64,000 nucleotides of DNA from Vicugna vicugna (Eukaryota), in NCBI GenBank assembly GCA_013265495.1, contig MU057796.1, positions 1 through 64,000 of the forward strand. The letters are read 5' to 3'. Position 1 is the first letter of the stretch, and the number at the start of each line of letters is the position of its first letter. This document shows positions 1 to 9,650 of this stretch, one piece after another. The position numbers and the translations under genes are program-made. The notes below the pieces were generated by a model. It was not told the DNA's origin and searched no databases. It was given only the letters and a program-made list of their open reading frames with translations.

Positions 1-184
1 TTTGGAAGGACTCCCGAAGGATGCCTGGACCATACCTTGGTTTTTCTGGGAAGTTAATACAAGAATCACATGTCAACTAAATTTTGCATCCGCAGAGGAG
101 CAGAAATCCATGCTTGTCAACTTAGGAGATTTGTTTGGCTGTGCGTACACACTTTTTACAGCCCAGGGACATAGATTTTTGTGT

Positions 185-627
185 ATTTGACTTTATACTG
201 TAAAATCTGCCTTACTGCTTGCTTGTAACTTTTTTCCCCTAATTTTTGTTTAATTGATTATTTGAATTGTTGCTGAAGAGTGGGACCTTTTTTTTTTTTC
301 TTTTTCTTTTCTTTTTTTTCCTGCAGTGATTTAAGTCAAGGATATTTTTGGTTAGTAAAAGTTCTTAAGTTGCAGAATCTTCAAGAGGCCCATGATAGGA
401 TACGCAATTTGACTTTATACTGTAAAATCTGCCTTACTGCTTGCTTGTAACTTTTTTCCCCTAATTTTTGTTTAATTGATTATTTGAATTGTTGCTGAAG
501 AGTGGGACCTTTTTTTTTTTTCTTTTTCTTTTCTTTTTTTTCCTGCAGTGATTTAAGTCAAGGATATTTTTGGTTAGTAAAAGTTCTTAAGTTGCAGAAT
601 CTTCAAGAGGCCCATGATAGGATACGC
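185..627. repeat. Perfect tandem duplication, 2 x 221 bp (185-405 and 407-627), separated by one base
   Basis: Both copies run ATTTGACTTTATAC...CCCATGATAGGATACGC, with identical poly-T lengths by eye. Confidence 0.95.
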
Positions 628-1300
628 TAAGTATGTCCTGGATGTGGGGGCTCAGTTAATACCCCTGATTAACTGAAAGAAGTATTGCTATTGTCACTTA
701 CAGCGCTAATAATATTTGGGGGATGTTGGCCTTTGTTGAGTGGCTGCTTAGCTCTTTTTTCTATTTCATTTTTACCCTGAGAACATGTAGTTCCTGTTAA
801 ATGCGAATTTGCTTTGCTGTTCCGTAAACTTTTTGTTTTTAAATAACCTGTATCCCCTGTAATTCACTGTTTTAATAGCTGCTCTGGGGGGGAAATCCCA
901 TAAAATCTAGGAAGCTGGTTATCATCAATATACTTTTGAACTTCAAATTCTTGTGCTAAAATACAATTAGTTCATTATCCACCTCATGTTTTTGGCCAGA
1001 AAACAAAAGTCACTAATCACTGTAGGTACAAATGACCTTTTTGTTTTTTTGCGTGCGAGCGTCTGAAGAGCATAATTACTGGTATGCGAGCGTGAGGGGA
1101 GTCGTCTTTACGTGTAATCATTAAAGTGGCATTAGAGGCGGCGATTCCTAACTGGCTGAGAGAGTTGGCATCTGTGTAATTACTTTAGACGTCACCTCTG
1201 TGGTGTGACTGGACTAAAGCCTCCTAGCGATTGTAGCCGAGGATTAAGGGGCTGTCCTTTCACTCTGGCCAAGAGTGCCCCAAGTCACAGTCCACGTAGT

Positions 1301-1396
1301 GTGTGTGTGTGTGTGTGTAACGGAGGTACCGGGGACTGAACCTCGGACCTCATGCGTGCTGAGCATACACTCTACCACAGAGCTGTACCCTCCCCC
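1301..1396 (-). mobile_element. tRNA-derived SINE (camelid Vic-1-like) with a (CA)n tail
   Basis: Reverse complement reads GGGGAGGGTACAGCTCTGTGGTAGAGTG...GAGGTCCGAGGTTCAGTCCCCGGTACCTCC, with A and B boxes. Target-site-duplication (TSD)-like flanks TCCACGTAGT (1291-1300) and TCCATGTGGT (1397-1406). Confidence 0.85.
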
Positions 1397-2803
1397 TCCA
1401 TGTGGTTTCTTATTTCACAGGGTTCCTACTAATCTGGCTTCTCCCCAAGGTGAAGGGGGATGGTTGTTACCCAGTGTCACCATCGTCACACGTGGGGGTA
1501 GAGCTGTGTTCGCTTTCACCATTTCCTCTCAAATGGTCTCCCCCCACCATGTAATGAATAATCTCACTTGTTTTTATGCATTTTCATGCTTTTTTGGGGG
1601 CCATCTTTCTAGTACCTTCGCTGCAGCAATGTGACTTAGGAATCTAGGTGAACGGCTGCATTTGAATGTCCTCTGCCATCCCCTGGCCTTCTCTGTTAAA
1701 GAAATTGTATATAGCAGCAGAAGCATGGAACGGTCCGACTGGGCACTGTTGTTTGTTAGGGCAACAGAGGAAGCTCTCCTAGTTTTAGTATAAATATGTC
1801 AAGTTTGGGGAAGCAGTGCTATCCATTGGTTTTGTTTCATCTTATCCCATATGGGATGTTTGGGCGGGGTTTGGCCCGTGGGTCAGGGTCACTTTGGTGT
1901 CCCTGGAAGTGGGCATGAGACAGTAGGATTTCACCCCTCACACCCCTGGGTCTCAGCCTGGCCGTGGGCAGGTGGTCCCATCAAGTCCTTGCTCTGAGGC
2001 TTCCTCTCCCTGCACTTGGGATGACCGGCAGCCCGTCAGTGGTTTCCCGTAAAGGAGGCAGCGGCTGAGCCACTAATTTGGGGTTTCAGAGAGGCGAACG
2101 GGCAGGGTCCCCGGTTTTCACGCCCTCGCTAGTGCTTCTCCGCAGGAATCAGCAGAGCGGAAACCAGCCCTGCGGGAAGAGAGCTAGTGGATGCTGTGGG
2201 AAGAGCTGGGCAGAGAAGTTGGGTGGCAATGGTGGGTAGACTTCCCTTCCAGATTTCACGTCTGTGCTCATGATGACAGCCTCCATGTGCTCCCAGCAGC
2301 TTCTGGCTTCCCAGCCACCAGTGCCGGGTCTGTTCCCTCCTATAGCCAAAGGGGCTCCGGCTGTCGGCGCTGTCCATATGGTTCTGAAGACCAGCACTTG
2401 ACTCACTGGCCTATCCGTGGGCTGCATGCAGGCGAACTCACGTCCTTCTGTTGGCGTGCCTGCTGCTCCCAGAGCCCATCACCTTGAGCAGTTTGGGTTC
2501 TTTGCCTCCGGGGCTGAAGGATGCTTTTGCTCAGAAAGCCCCCGGATCAGCTGCACCCCAGCTGGTCTGCCTGTGCTGCCGTGGCTGCCAGCATCCTGCA
2601 GGGATGCCTGCGTTTCAAAGGCCAGAAGTACAGCAAGTGGCATCTCGTCACGTGACCACACTCGGGCATAAGGAAGTTGCTGAGTGACTTGGTGGTCCAG
2701 GGAATCTGATGCTTTTTCGCCCTTGAATGTCATTCATGCTACTCCGGGCAGTTGTCACCATAACCATCTGTGTGGGGAAGCAGAAACTGGCTGGATGTGG
2801 TTT

Positions 2804-3245
2804 CTTTTTTTTTTTTTTAATTTTATTTATTTATTTTCTTGAAGTATGGTCAGTTTGTAATGTGTCGGTTTCTGGTGTACAGCATAACATTTCAGTCATA
2901 CATATACATTCATCTATTCCTTTTCATATTCTTTTTCATTATAGGTTACTACAAGATATTGATACAGTTCCCTGTGCTGTACAGAAAAGACATGTTTATC
3001 TATTTTCTATATAGTAGTATCTACAAATCTCGAACTCCCAGTTTATCCCTTCCCGCCCCCATTCCCCGCTGGTAACCATAAGTTTGTTTTCTATGTCATT
3101 GAGTCTGTTTCTGTTTTGTAAATAAGTTTGTTTGTGTCTTTTCTTTTTTTTCTTCTTTTTTTTTTAGATTCCACATATGAGTGCTATCATATGGTGTTTT
3201 TCTTTCTCTTTCTGGCTTACTTCCCTTAGAATGACGATCTCTGGG
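2804..3245 (-). mobile_element. 5'-truncated L1 3' end (artiodactyl type) with poly-A tail and 16-bp TSD
   Basis: Poly-T at 2804-2830; typical L1 3'UTR and ORF2-end motifs (ttagattccacatatgagtg). TSD at 2788-2803 and 3246-3261. Confidence 0.9.
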
Positions 3246-3494
3246 TGGCTGGACATGGTTTGATCACAGCCCCCACTTGGGTGCTTTAAGCCCCTGAAAA
3301 TGTCTTTTGTCCTTATTTTTTTCCACATTTCATGAGCCCCCAATCTTAGCAGCTCACTGAGGTGGCAGAGGAGTCCTGACTTGGGTGAGAGTATTCTAAT
3401 CTGACTCAGCATTATTGTACGCGGTAAGGGACATTAAGTATTGGATGAATGGTTTTCATGTCACCACTGAATTAAACGTTTTCTGAACCAAAAT

Positions 3495-3669
3495 AGGGTC
3501 CCCAGATTGGCAGCACCACCATCTCCTGAAACTTGTTGGAAATGCAGATTCTGGGGCCCTGTCCCAAACTACTGAATCAGAAACTCTGAAGTACACCCCC
3601 CTCCCCCGAATCTGTGTTTTAACAAGCCCTCTGGTAATTCTGATGCACTTGAAGGTTTGAGCCCACTGC
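3495..3669. mobile_element. MER5A-like hAT-Charlie DNA transposon
   Basis: Recognisable motifs: gaaacttgttggaaatgcagattct, ctactgaatcagaaactctg, aacaagccctctggtaattctgatgcac, tttgagcccactg. Confidence 0.8.
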
Positions 3670-3840
3670 GTTAGAGCAGTGCTATCTGGTGGAGCTTTGT
3701 TCGGTGATTGGAATGTTCTGGTATTCATGCTGTCCAGTGGGGTAGCCATTAGCCCCCTGTGGCTGTCAAAGTCTTGAAATGTGGCTGGTCTGACCAGGCA
3801 ACTGAATTATTAGTTAATTTCAACTAATCTACATTTAAAT

Positions 3841-4448
3841 TTTTTGTAATTTTTTTTTTTGATACCTTCATCCAATTTCCTCGTCCCCTACTCCACCACC
3901 TCTGGACCACTGGTGACCACAAATCTGATCTCTTTTTTTCTTTGAGTTTTTTTTGTATGTTGTTTTTGTTTGTTTTCTTTTTTTAAAACAGATTCCACAT
4001 ATAAGTGAGATCATATAGTTTTTATCTCTCCCTGTGTGACTTTTTCCACTTAGCATAATGCCCTCAGCGTCCATCCATGTTGTTGTAAAAGGCAGGGTTT
4101 CCTTCTTTTTTATAGCTATAGAGTATTCTATTGTGTGTGTGTGTGTGTGTGTGTGTACGTGTGTGTGTGTGTGTGTGTGTGTACATGTGTGTTTTGTGTG
4201 TATGTGTGTGTGGGTCACATTTTCCTTATTCATCTGTCAACAGATACCTAATTGTTTCCATAGCTGGGGTACTGTGAATAATGCTGCGGTGAACATGGGG
4301 GTGCAGATTTCTCTTTGACATTGATTTTGTTCCCTTCCATTAAATACCCAGAAGTTAACTTGCTGGATTGTATGGTGATTCTATTTTTAATTTTTTGAGG
4401 CATCTCCATGCTCTTTCCATAGGGGCTGTACCAACTTATATTCCCAGT
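3841..4448 (-). mobile_element. L1 ORF2 end and 3'UTR fragment containing a (TG)n tract
   Basis: Minus-strand translation contains AIKKKETLPFTTTWMDAEGIMLS, typical of the L1 ORF2 C-terminus. Confidence 0.9.
4132..4211. repeat. Interrupted (TG)n microsatellite, about 80 bp
   Basis: Direct reading of the TG repeats. Confidence 0.95.
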
Positions 4449-5544
4449 CTAGATTTACATCTAAGTAGCCACGTATAGTGAGAGGATTGGACGGCCCAGC
4501 CCCAGAGCGTCTCCGACTATTTATAGTGTGCGGATAACCTCCTAAAAGCCTTTAAAAAATAAGTTATTCATCGTGCAATTATTAATTTTCTACCCTAGAA
4601 TGAAACACTCTTAGAACAATGCTCCAGTTGCTACAATGATAGTTGGTTTTGGTTCTTCTGTTGGGGAAACGGCGTTAGCTGTTGTTAGCCAGCGGGGGAA
4701 GCATGTTCTTAAGCATAGCATTGGTTTCACGAGTGCGCTTCGTCTGTGCGGCGCCTGGTGGCTATGCCTGTTGTGAATGTAACTGATGAAGATACATGCA
4801 CGTCCTTTTAGGAGGATCCAAGCTGTTGTTCAGGAGCAAAGCTGGATCAGTGTGTTCTTACAGTTGGAGCTCTGGTCTGTCCAGTGTGCCTGTCCGGTGC
4901 TGGCTGGGGCTTCTTGCCCCAGGGAGCTTTGTAAAGAGATGTTCAGGTTAGCTGAGTGCCTTTTTGGCCCCCACTCCTCAGCCCCTCAGGCACTTGGGGT
5001 TTCTTGTCCTGCAGCCATCCAGAAACCCTGCAGGGGCTGATGGCTGAGTCTGGGCTGGTACCCTGTTCCCAGAGAGAAGGAACTCCAGAGTGACCTTCAG
5101 GTTCCTAGACTGAGGAGGACGTGAAGGAAAAGAGGGTCGTCCTGGGCTTGTTGGTCTGAGTAGTTACAAATACCGGAACGTACTCTGACACCAGTCTCTG
5201 GTCTTCGTTCCTGGGGTGACATGACCCCGTCTTTGTCACTTTTTCCAAAACTCAGCAGAAGCTCTGGCCTGAGAGCATCCCCAGTGGTCACCCAATCATG
5301 TGACCAGACCAGAAAGTGGCATTTAGGAGCCGGGGAATACCTGAGAGTCCTTAGGGACATTTCTGCAACTTTCTTTTAGCAACTAAAGCCTCAGAAGTTG
5401 ACGCAGCCGTCTTTGGTTAGACAGAAAATGATACTGAATTCTCTGCCATCAGCAAAATTCTACATGACTGAGCTTCCTAGATGAGGCCCCCTCTCTTGCA
5501 TTATTTAAATCCATATCATTGATTTTTTTGTAACCCAACTCTTC

Positions 5545-5690
5545 TGAGAATCGGAGAATGTTAAAGCCAGGTGGAAGGGAATGTAGAAATGGTCATAATC
5601 CAACCTTCTCATTTCAGAATGGAGGAAATGGAGACCCAGAGAGGTTGTGAGTTGAGAAAGGATGCACAGCGAGTTCAGGGCTGATCAGGG
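5545..5690 (-). mobile_element. MIR SINE fragment
   Basis: caaccttctcatttcagaatggaggaaatggagacccagagagg resembles the MIR core. Confidence 0.65.
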
Positions 5691-8297
5691 GAGCACAGAG
5701 CAAGCCCAAGATGACCAGACCAGGCCCCCTGCATTCTTGCATTGCAGGGCCTCTCCTTCTTTTGTGCACTCAGCTCCTGGTTGCCTGTGGAGTGCTGGTT
5801 GTGGACTGCTGGGGGCTCTCGGTCAGAAGTTGGACAGATTGACAACAAAGGAACATTTCAGATGCATAATAAGAAATAGATTGATGCTCACTGTTTAGGT
5901 AGACTTTAAAATGCTGCTGCTTGCTAGTGTGTCACATAGCTGTCTTGAAAAATTCCACCAGAATATTCTGACCAGTGATACATTGCCACTCTTCATGGTA
6001 GCTTTCCGTAGACTGTTCATGTGATATATTATGTATAGGATTTCATTATTGCACAACTCATATTGTTGTGCAGTAAAAAAAAATTGGTTATTTTTTTATG
6101 GACGGTTTTGTTGGGATTAGTGTGCTTTCCAAGCACTAGACCTGTCTCCATTTGTTGATTCTGATACCCCTTTTCTTGTGACTTACTTTCTTTAAATAGC
6201 GTGCCTCTCTTACCTTATCCCAAAAGTACTGAGATGCTGGCTGCTAAAAGTGTACGTTTCTGTGCACATAATAAACATTCTCTAAACATTGGTTGGAAGA
6301 GTCAGTGTTGTCCCGTCCAGATAGGTCTGGAGGTTCATTTCTTTTGCTTTTAACTATGGCCAGGGCAAGTTGGGGGGTGGGGGTGGAAATTCTATAGTTT
6401 AGGGAGAATATTAGCTGTAATTTTTTGCCCCATCTCGTTTGAATGGAGTCTTAAAAAAATTCGCATGTGCACTGAAAATCTGGGAGAGGTTGAGTAAATT
6501 GAATGTGGGGTTATTGTTTGTGTCCACAAAACCAAGCCCTAAATCACATTTAGCATAATTGGTGGTTTTAAATTGGACTGATTTAGCAAGGAGAGTGAAA
6601 TAATCTCTCATCCTGTCAAAAAAGGCGATACCTTCGGACCGGCATTTAATTGCATTGGCAGAGTAACTTTGGGAAGGCAGCAGTAATTCTGGCTGCATTA
6701 TTCTTGGTTTGTGGTGAAATTGAGATCATCATTTTCTCCTGGTTGCACTAACTTTCTTTATTGCTCTTCAAACTAATCAGATGAATGCAGTGAGAGAAGC
6801 TTTGTGGTAGCCGGAGGGTGAATGGGGGAGAGGGTGAGGTCTCTGAGCAGGGCTGTAATCATCTGTAGACTTGCACTTTACACATTTCAGGATCCAGGTA
6901 GAGAGAGCAGGTAAACGGACCCCTAGAAAGCCATCAGGTGCAGACTGGTGAATTTCTTTGTAGTCATTTACACAATGTGAATACCATTCATTCCCCCCAG
7001 AAGTGTGTTACTGAGGGCACACCTAAGGAAGTGCTGTTGCAGCCAAATCGTACAGGTAAGGCTCATCTGCATTCAGGCTGGCAGCCAGGAGTGTGGGTGC
7101 TGGAGGGAATTCCCAGGTGCCTCAATTTTTCCCATTAAAATCCCCCCTTTTGTCTCCATCACACAACCAGACTCTTAAGGAACGAATCCACACCTTGCTC
7201 ATTTTCCATCTGGACCACTGCCTCTTCCCAAGTGTCTTAGTTCAGGCTGATTCCTACTTGTCACAGTCCCTTCCTCCAGTGAAAGCATTTCTCTTAATTT
7301 TTACCAGGCCTGCTTCCCTCTAAAAGAAATCAGGTCATTAATGCCTTAGACATTTTATCAAGCTGAAAAATGATGACTCAAAACTGTAATGACAGCTCGC
7401 CTGCCTTCTTGACTTCCGTTCCCGTGGGAGTTATTCACTGGACTTCTTGGAATGGCTACCTCCTTAAATACTTCAGGTATCTCTTTGGAATGTGACACAC
7501 AGCTTGGTTGTGGTTCTAAGCACAGGTGCCCCCAGGTGTCTGCAGCCTTCTGGGGACACCCCTGGAGGGAGGTGCTGGGACAGGAAGTAAGTGTCCTGAC
7601 ATGAGACATTGTACTTCCTTGTACTGAACCCAAGCCCCTTGTCCGTGGCTTCAGTTACCCGAATAGTCTTGATCTTAAGAGTTTACACGAACTGTGGACG
7701 AGTTTGTGGCCAGTAAGTAATGTCTGTGGAAAGAATGAATCAGAGAATGGGGTAGAAGAAGTATAATCTCTTGAAATCTTTCTGCTGCCAATTGAGAGTT
7801 GATGCTTTGAAGGAAAAGATGCCTTTGGCTTTTAAGTTTGTATTGGCAAACTTACACTCTGGGGAAGGAGGAGCCTTCCAGCTTCCAGTGGTAACCTTTG
7901 ATCTGCGTACTCCTCTGTTTATATCGTGTCACCAAGGTGGCCTTTCATTCTGCTGTGTAATAACAGTGCAGTGATCTGTTGCTTATCTGATGTCAGAGGG
8001 GTTGTGTGTACGTTGATCAGGATACGCAAAGGCCAGCAGCCAAAATCAGAAACTAGGTAGGTTGACTGTTTCATCATTTCAGGTTGAGTTCGAAAATTGT
8101 GATTTCGTCCAGTGTTAAGAGAACGGCTCTGCAGATAACGGATTATTGAAACAGCTTGATGAATGTATCATTACTCAGGAACGGATCTGGAGTTGGCTGA
8201 CTTCCTTTTGGTGGAGATGTGGGGAAACCAAAAGGAAGAAAACAATTGCATTTATTAGATATCACATGACAATCAGAAAAGTATCATTTTATATGTA

Positions 8298-8500
8298 AGT
8301 GAGTAAATCCTAAGAGTTCTCATCCCAAGTCTTTCTTCTTTTTCTTTATTTAGTATCTATATGAGAAGATGGGTTTAACTAACCTTACTGAGGTCATCAT
8401 TCCATGATGTGTAAGTCAGATCTTATGTTGTGCACCTTAAACTTACATGGTGCTGTGTGTCAATATCTCAAAACCGGAAGGAAAAAAATAAAAATTAAAA
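8298..8500 (+). mobile_element. Old L1 3' end
   Basis: gtaaatcctaagagttctcat...caccttaaacttac...caatatctcaaaa, followed by an A-rich tail. Confidence 0.75.
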
Positions 8501-8771
8501 ATAGAAATAGATATGCTCTGTAATAGTCATTTACAGGCTGCTCATGGTACTGAAATTTTCTCCTGTCATTCGAAGAAACATTTCCATTTCTACCCGGTGT
8601 TTCTACCTAAGAAACACCTGCAGAAATTAAATTCGATATATACAGGTGAGTAAAACGGTCATGCTGGAGTTGCACCTTTCTTTCACTTGAGAGGAAATCA
8701 AACTGTGTGCCTGGCTTTCCTGGCGGGGAGTGAGGGGCCTGCGTTCACCCTTAGCATTTCTGTTTCCATAG

Positions 8772-8892
8772 CTGTGCCACCGAACATAGCAGAACTGAAG
8801 AATTTGGAAGTGCTGAACTTCTTTAATAACCAGATTGAGGAGCTGCCCACACAGATCAGCAGCCTTCAGAAGCTCAAACACTTGAACGTCAG
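8772..8892 (+). CDS. RSU1: RSU1 internal coding exon (human exon 4 equivalent, 121 nt), xVPPNIAELKNLEVLNFFNNQIEELPTQISSLQKLKHLNV(S)
   Basis: Acceptor tttctgtttccatag ends at 8771; donor AG|gtgagc starts at 8893. The translation matches the RSU1 LRRs, and the phases (1 in, 2 out) join the next exon in frame. Confidence 0.97.
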
Positions 8893-9454
8893 GTGAGCCT
8901 CATGGAGGAGAGAGGATTCCGAGCAGAGGAAGCGCTGGAGGGGGCGGGGCGGGAGGCGGGTGGGGGGCGGGGCTTGTCATTGCTCCTATTAGATAGGAGA
9001 AGCCGAGTTCTAGTTTCTATCTCTGTTTTAGGTTTTAAAAAAGTTTTGTTGTTTTAATGCAACCTTTCTATGGCCTCCATTAGTGCATGTCTGTTTGCGT
9101 GCTAATTAAGAAGCTAATTGTTGGTGCAATAAGGAAGTCTTTTTTTTTTTTTAAACTGCATTTTGTTTCCAGTAAAATTTTGTTTCTGTTATGTTGACCG
9201 AGAAGGGACCTATTTGCATAGCATTAACTGTGCAGACCAGTTGCAATGTGGTTGATTCTTTTTTCTGTGTTGAGTCAAAGTAGTGTGCAAAGCAGCTTCC
9301 TTCCACGGAGGGGAGGATGCATTTCCTAACACCGCTCCATTGACTCTTACAATTCTTGTTTGTGGTCAAGAGGTTATAGTCCCAAGTCTCTCTTCACACA
9401 GAGGTGAAGAGGGGAGTTTTGATTCAGCTGCTGAGGTTGTGGAATCAGGTTGCA

Positions 9455-9650
9455 GTGAATAATAATATCTTGTATTCTTACATTGCTTCACAGTTTTCAA
9501 AGTCCTCACACTGGTATTTGACCCCCTCAACTATTGGGAAGGAGGGAGGGCAGGCATTATTGCCATCATCTTGTGGAATGGAAGCCAAGCCCTTTCCAAG
9601 GGGCCCAGTGACTTGCCCTGATTGCTCCTGAGGTTAGTGGCCTAGCTCAG
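9455..9650 (-). mobile_element. Degenerate MIR
   Basis: ttcacagttttcaaagtc...cattattgccatc...agtgacttgccc. Confidence 0.5.

Larger units (their letters stand above)
3673..4500. mobile_element. MER3-like DNA transposon, split by an L1 insertion
   Basis: Left part 3673-3840 (gctgtccagtggggtagccattagcc, ttgaaatgtggct); right part about 4450-4500 (tagccacgtat...attggacggcccagc). Confidence 0.7.

Noticed and set aside
3868..4318. ORFs with HT/VC dipeptide repeats
   Set aside because: These are translations of a TG microsatellite inside an L1 remnant.
6210..6222. TTACCTTATCCCA, resembling the recalled start of RSU1 exon 3
   Set aside because: No preceding AG, and the match does not continue into HITQLVLSHNKL. 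Exon 3 probably lies upstream of the window.
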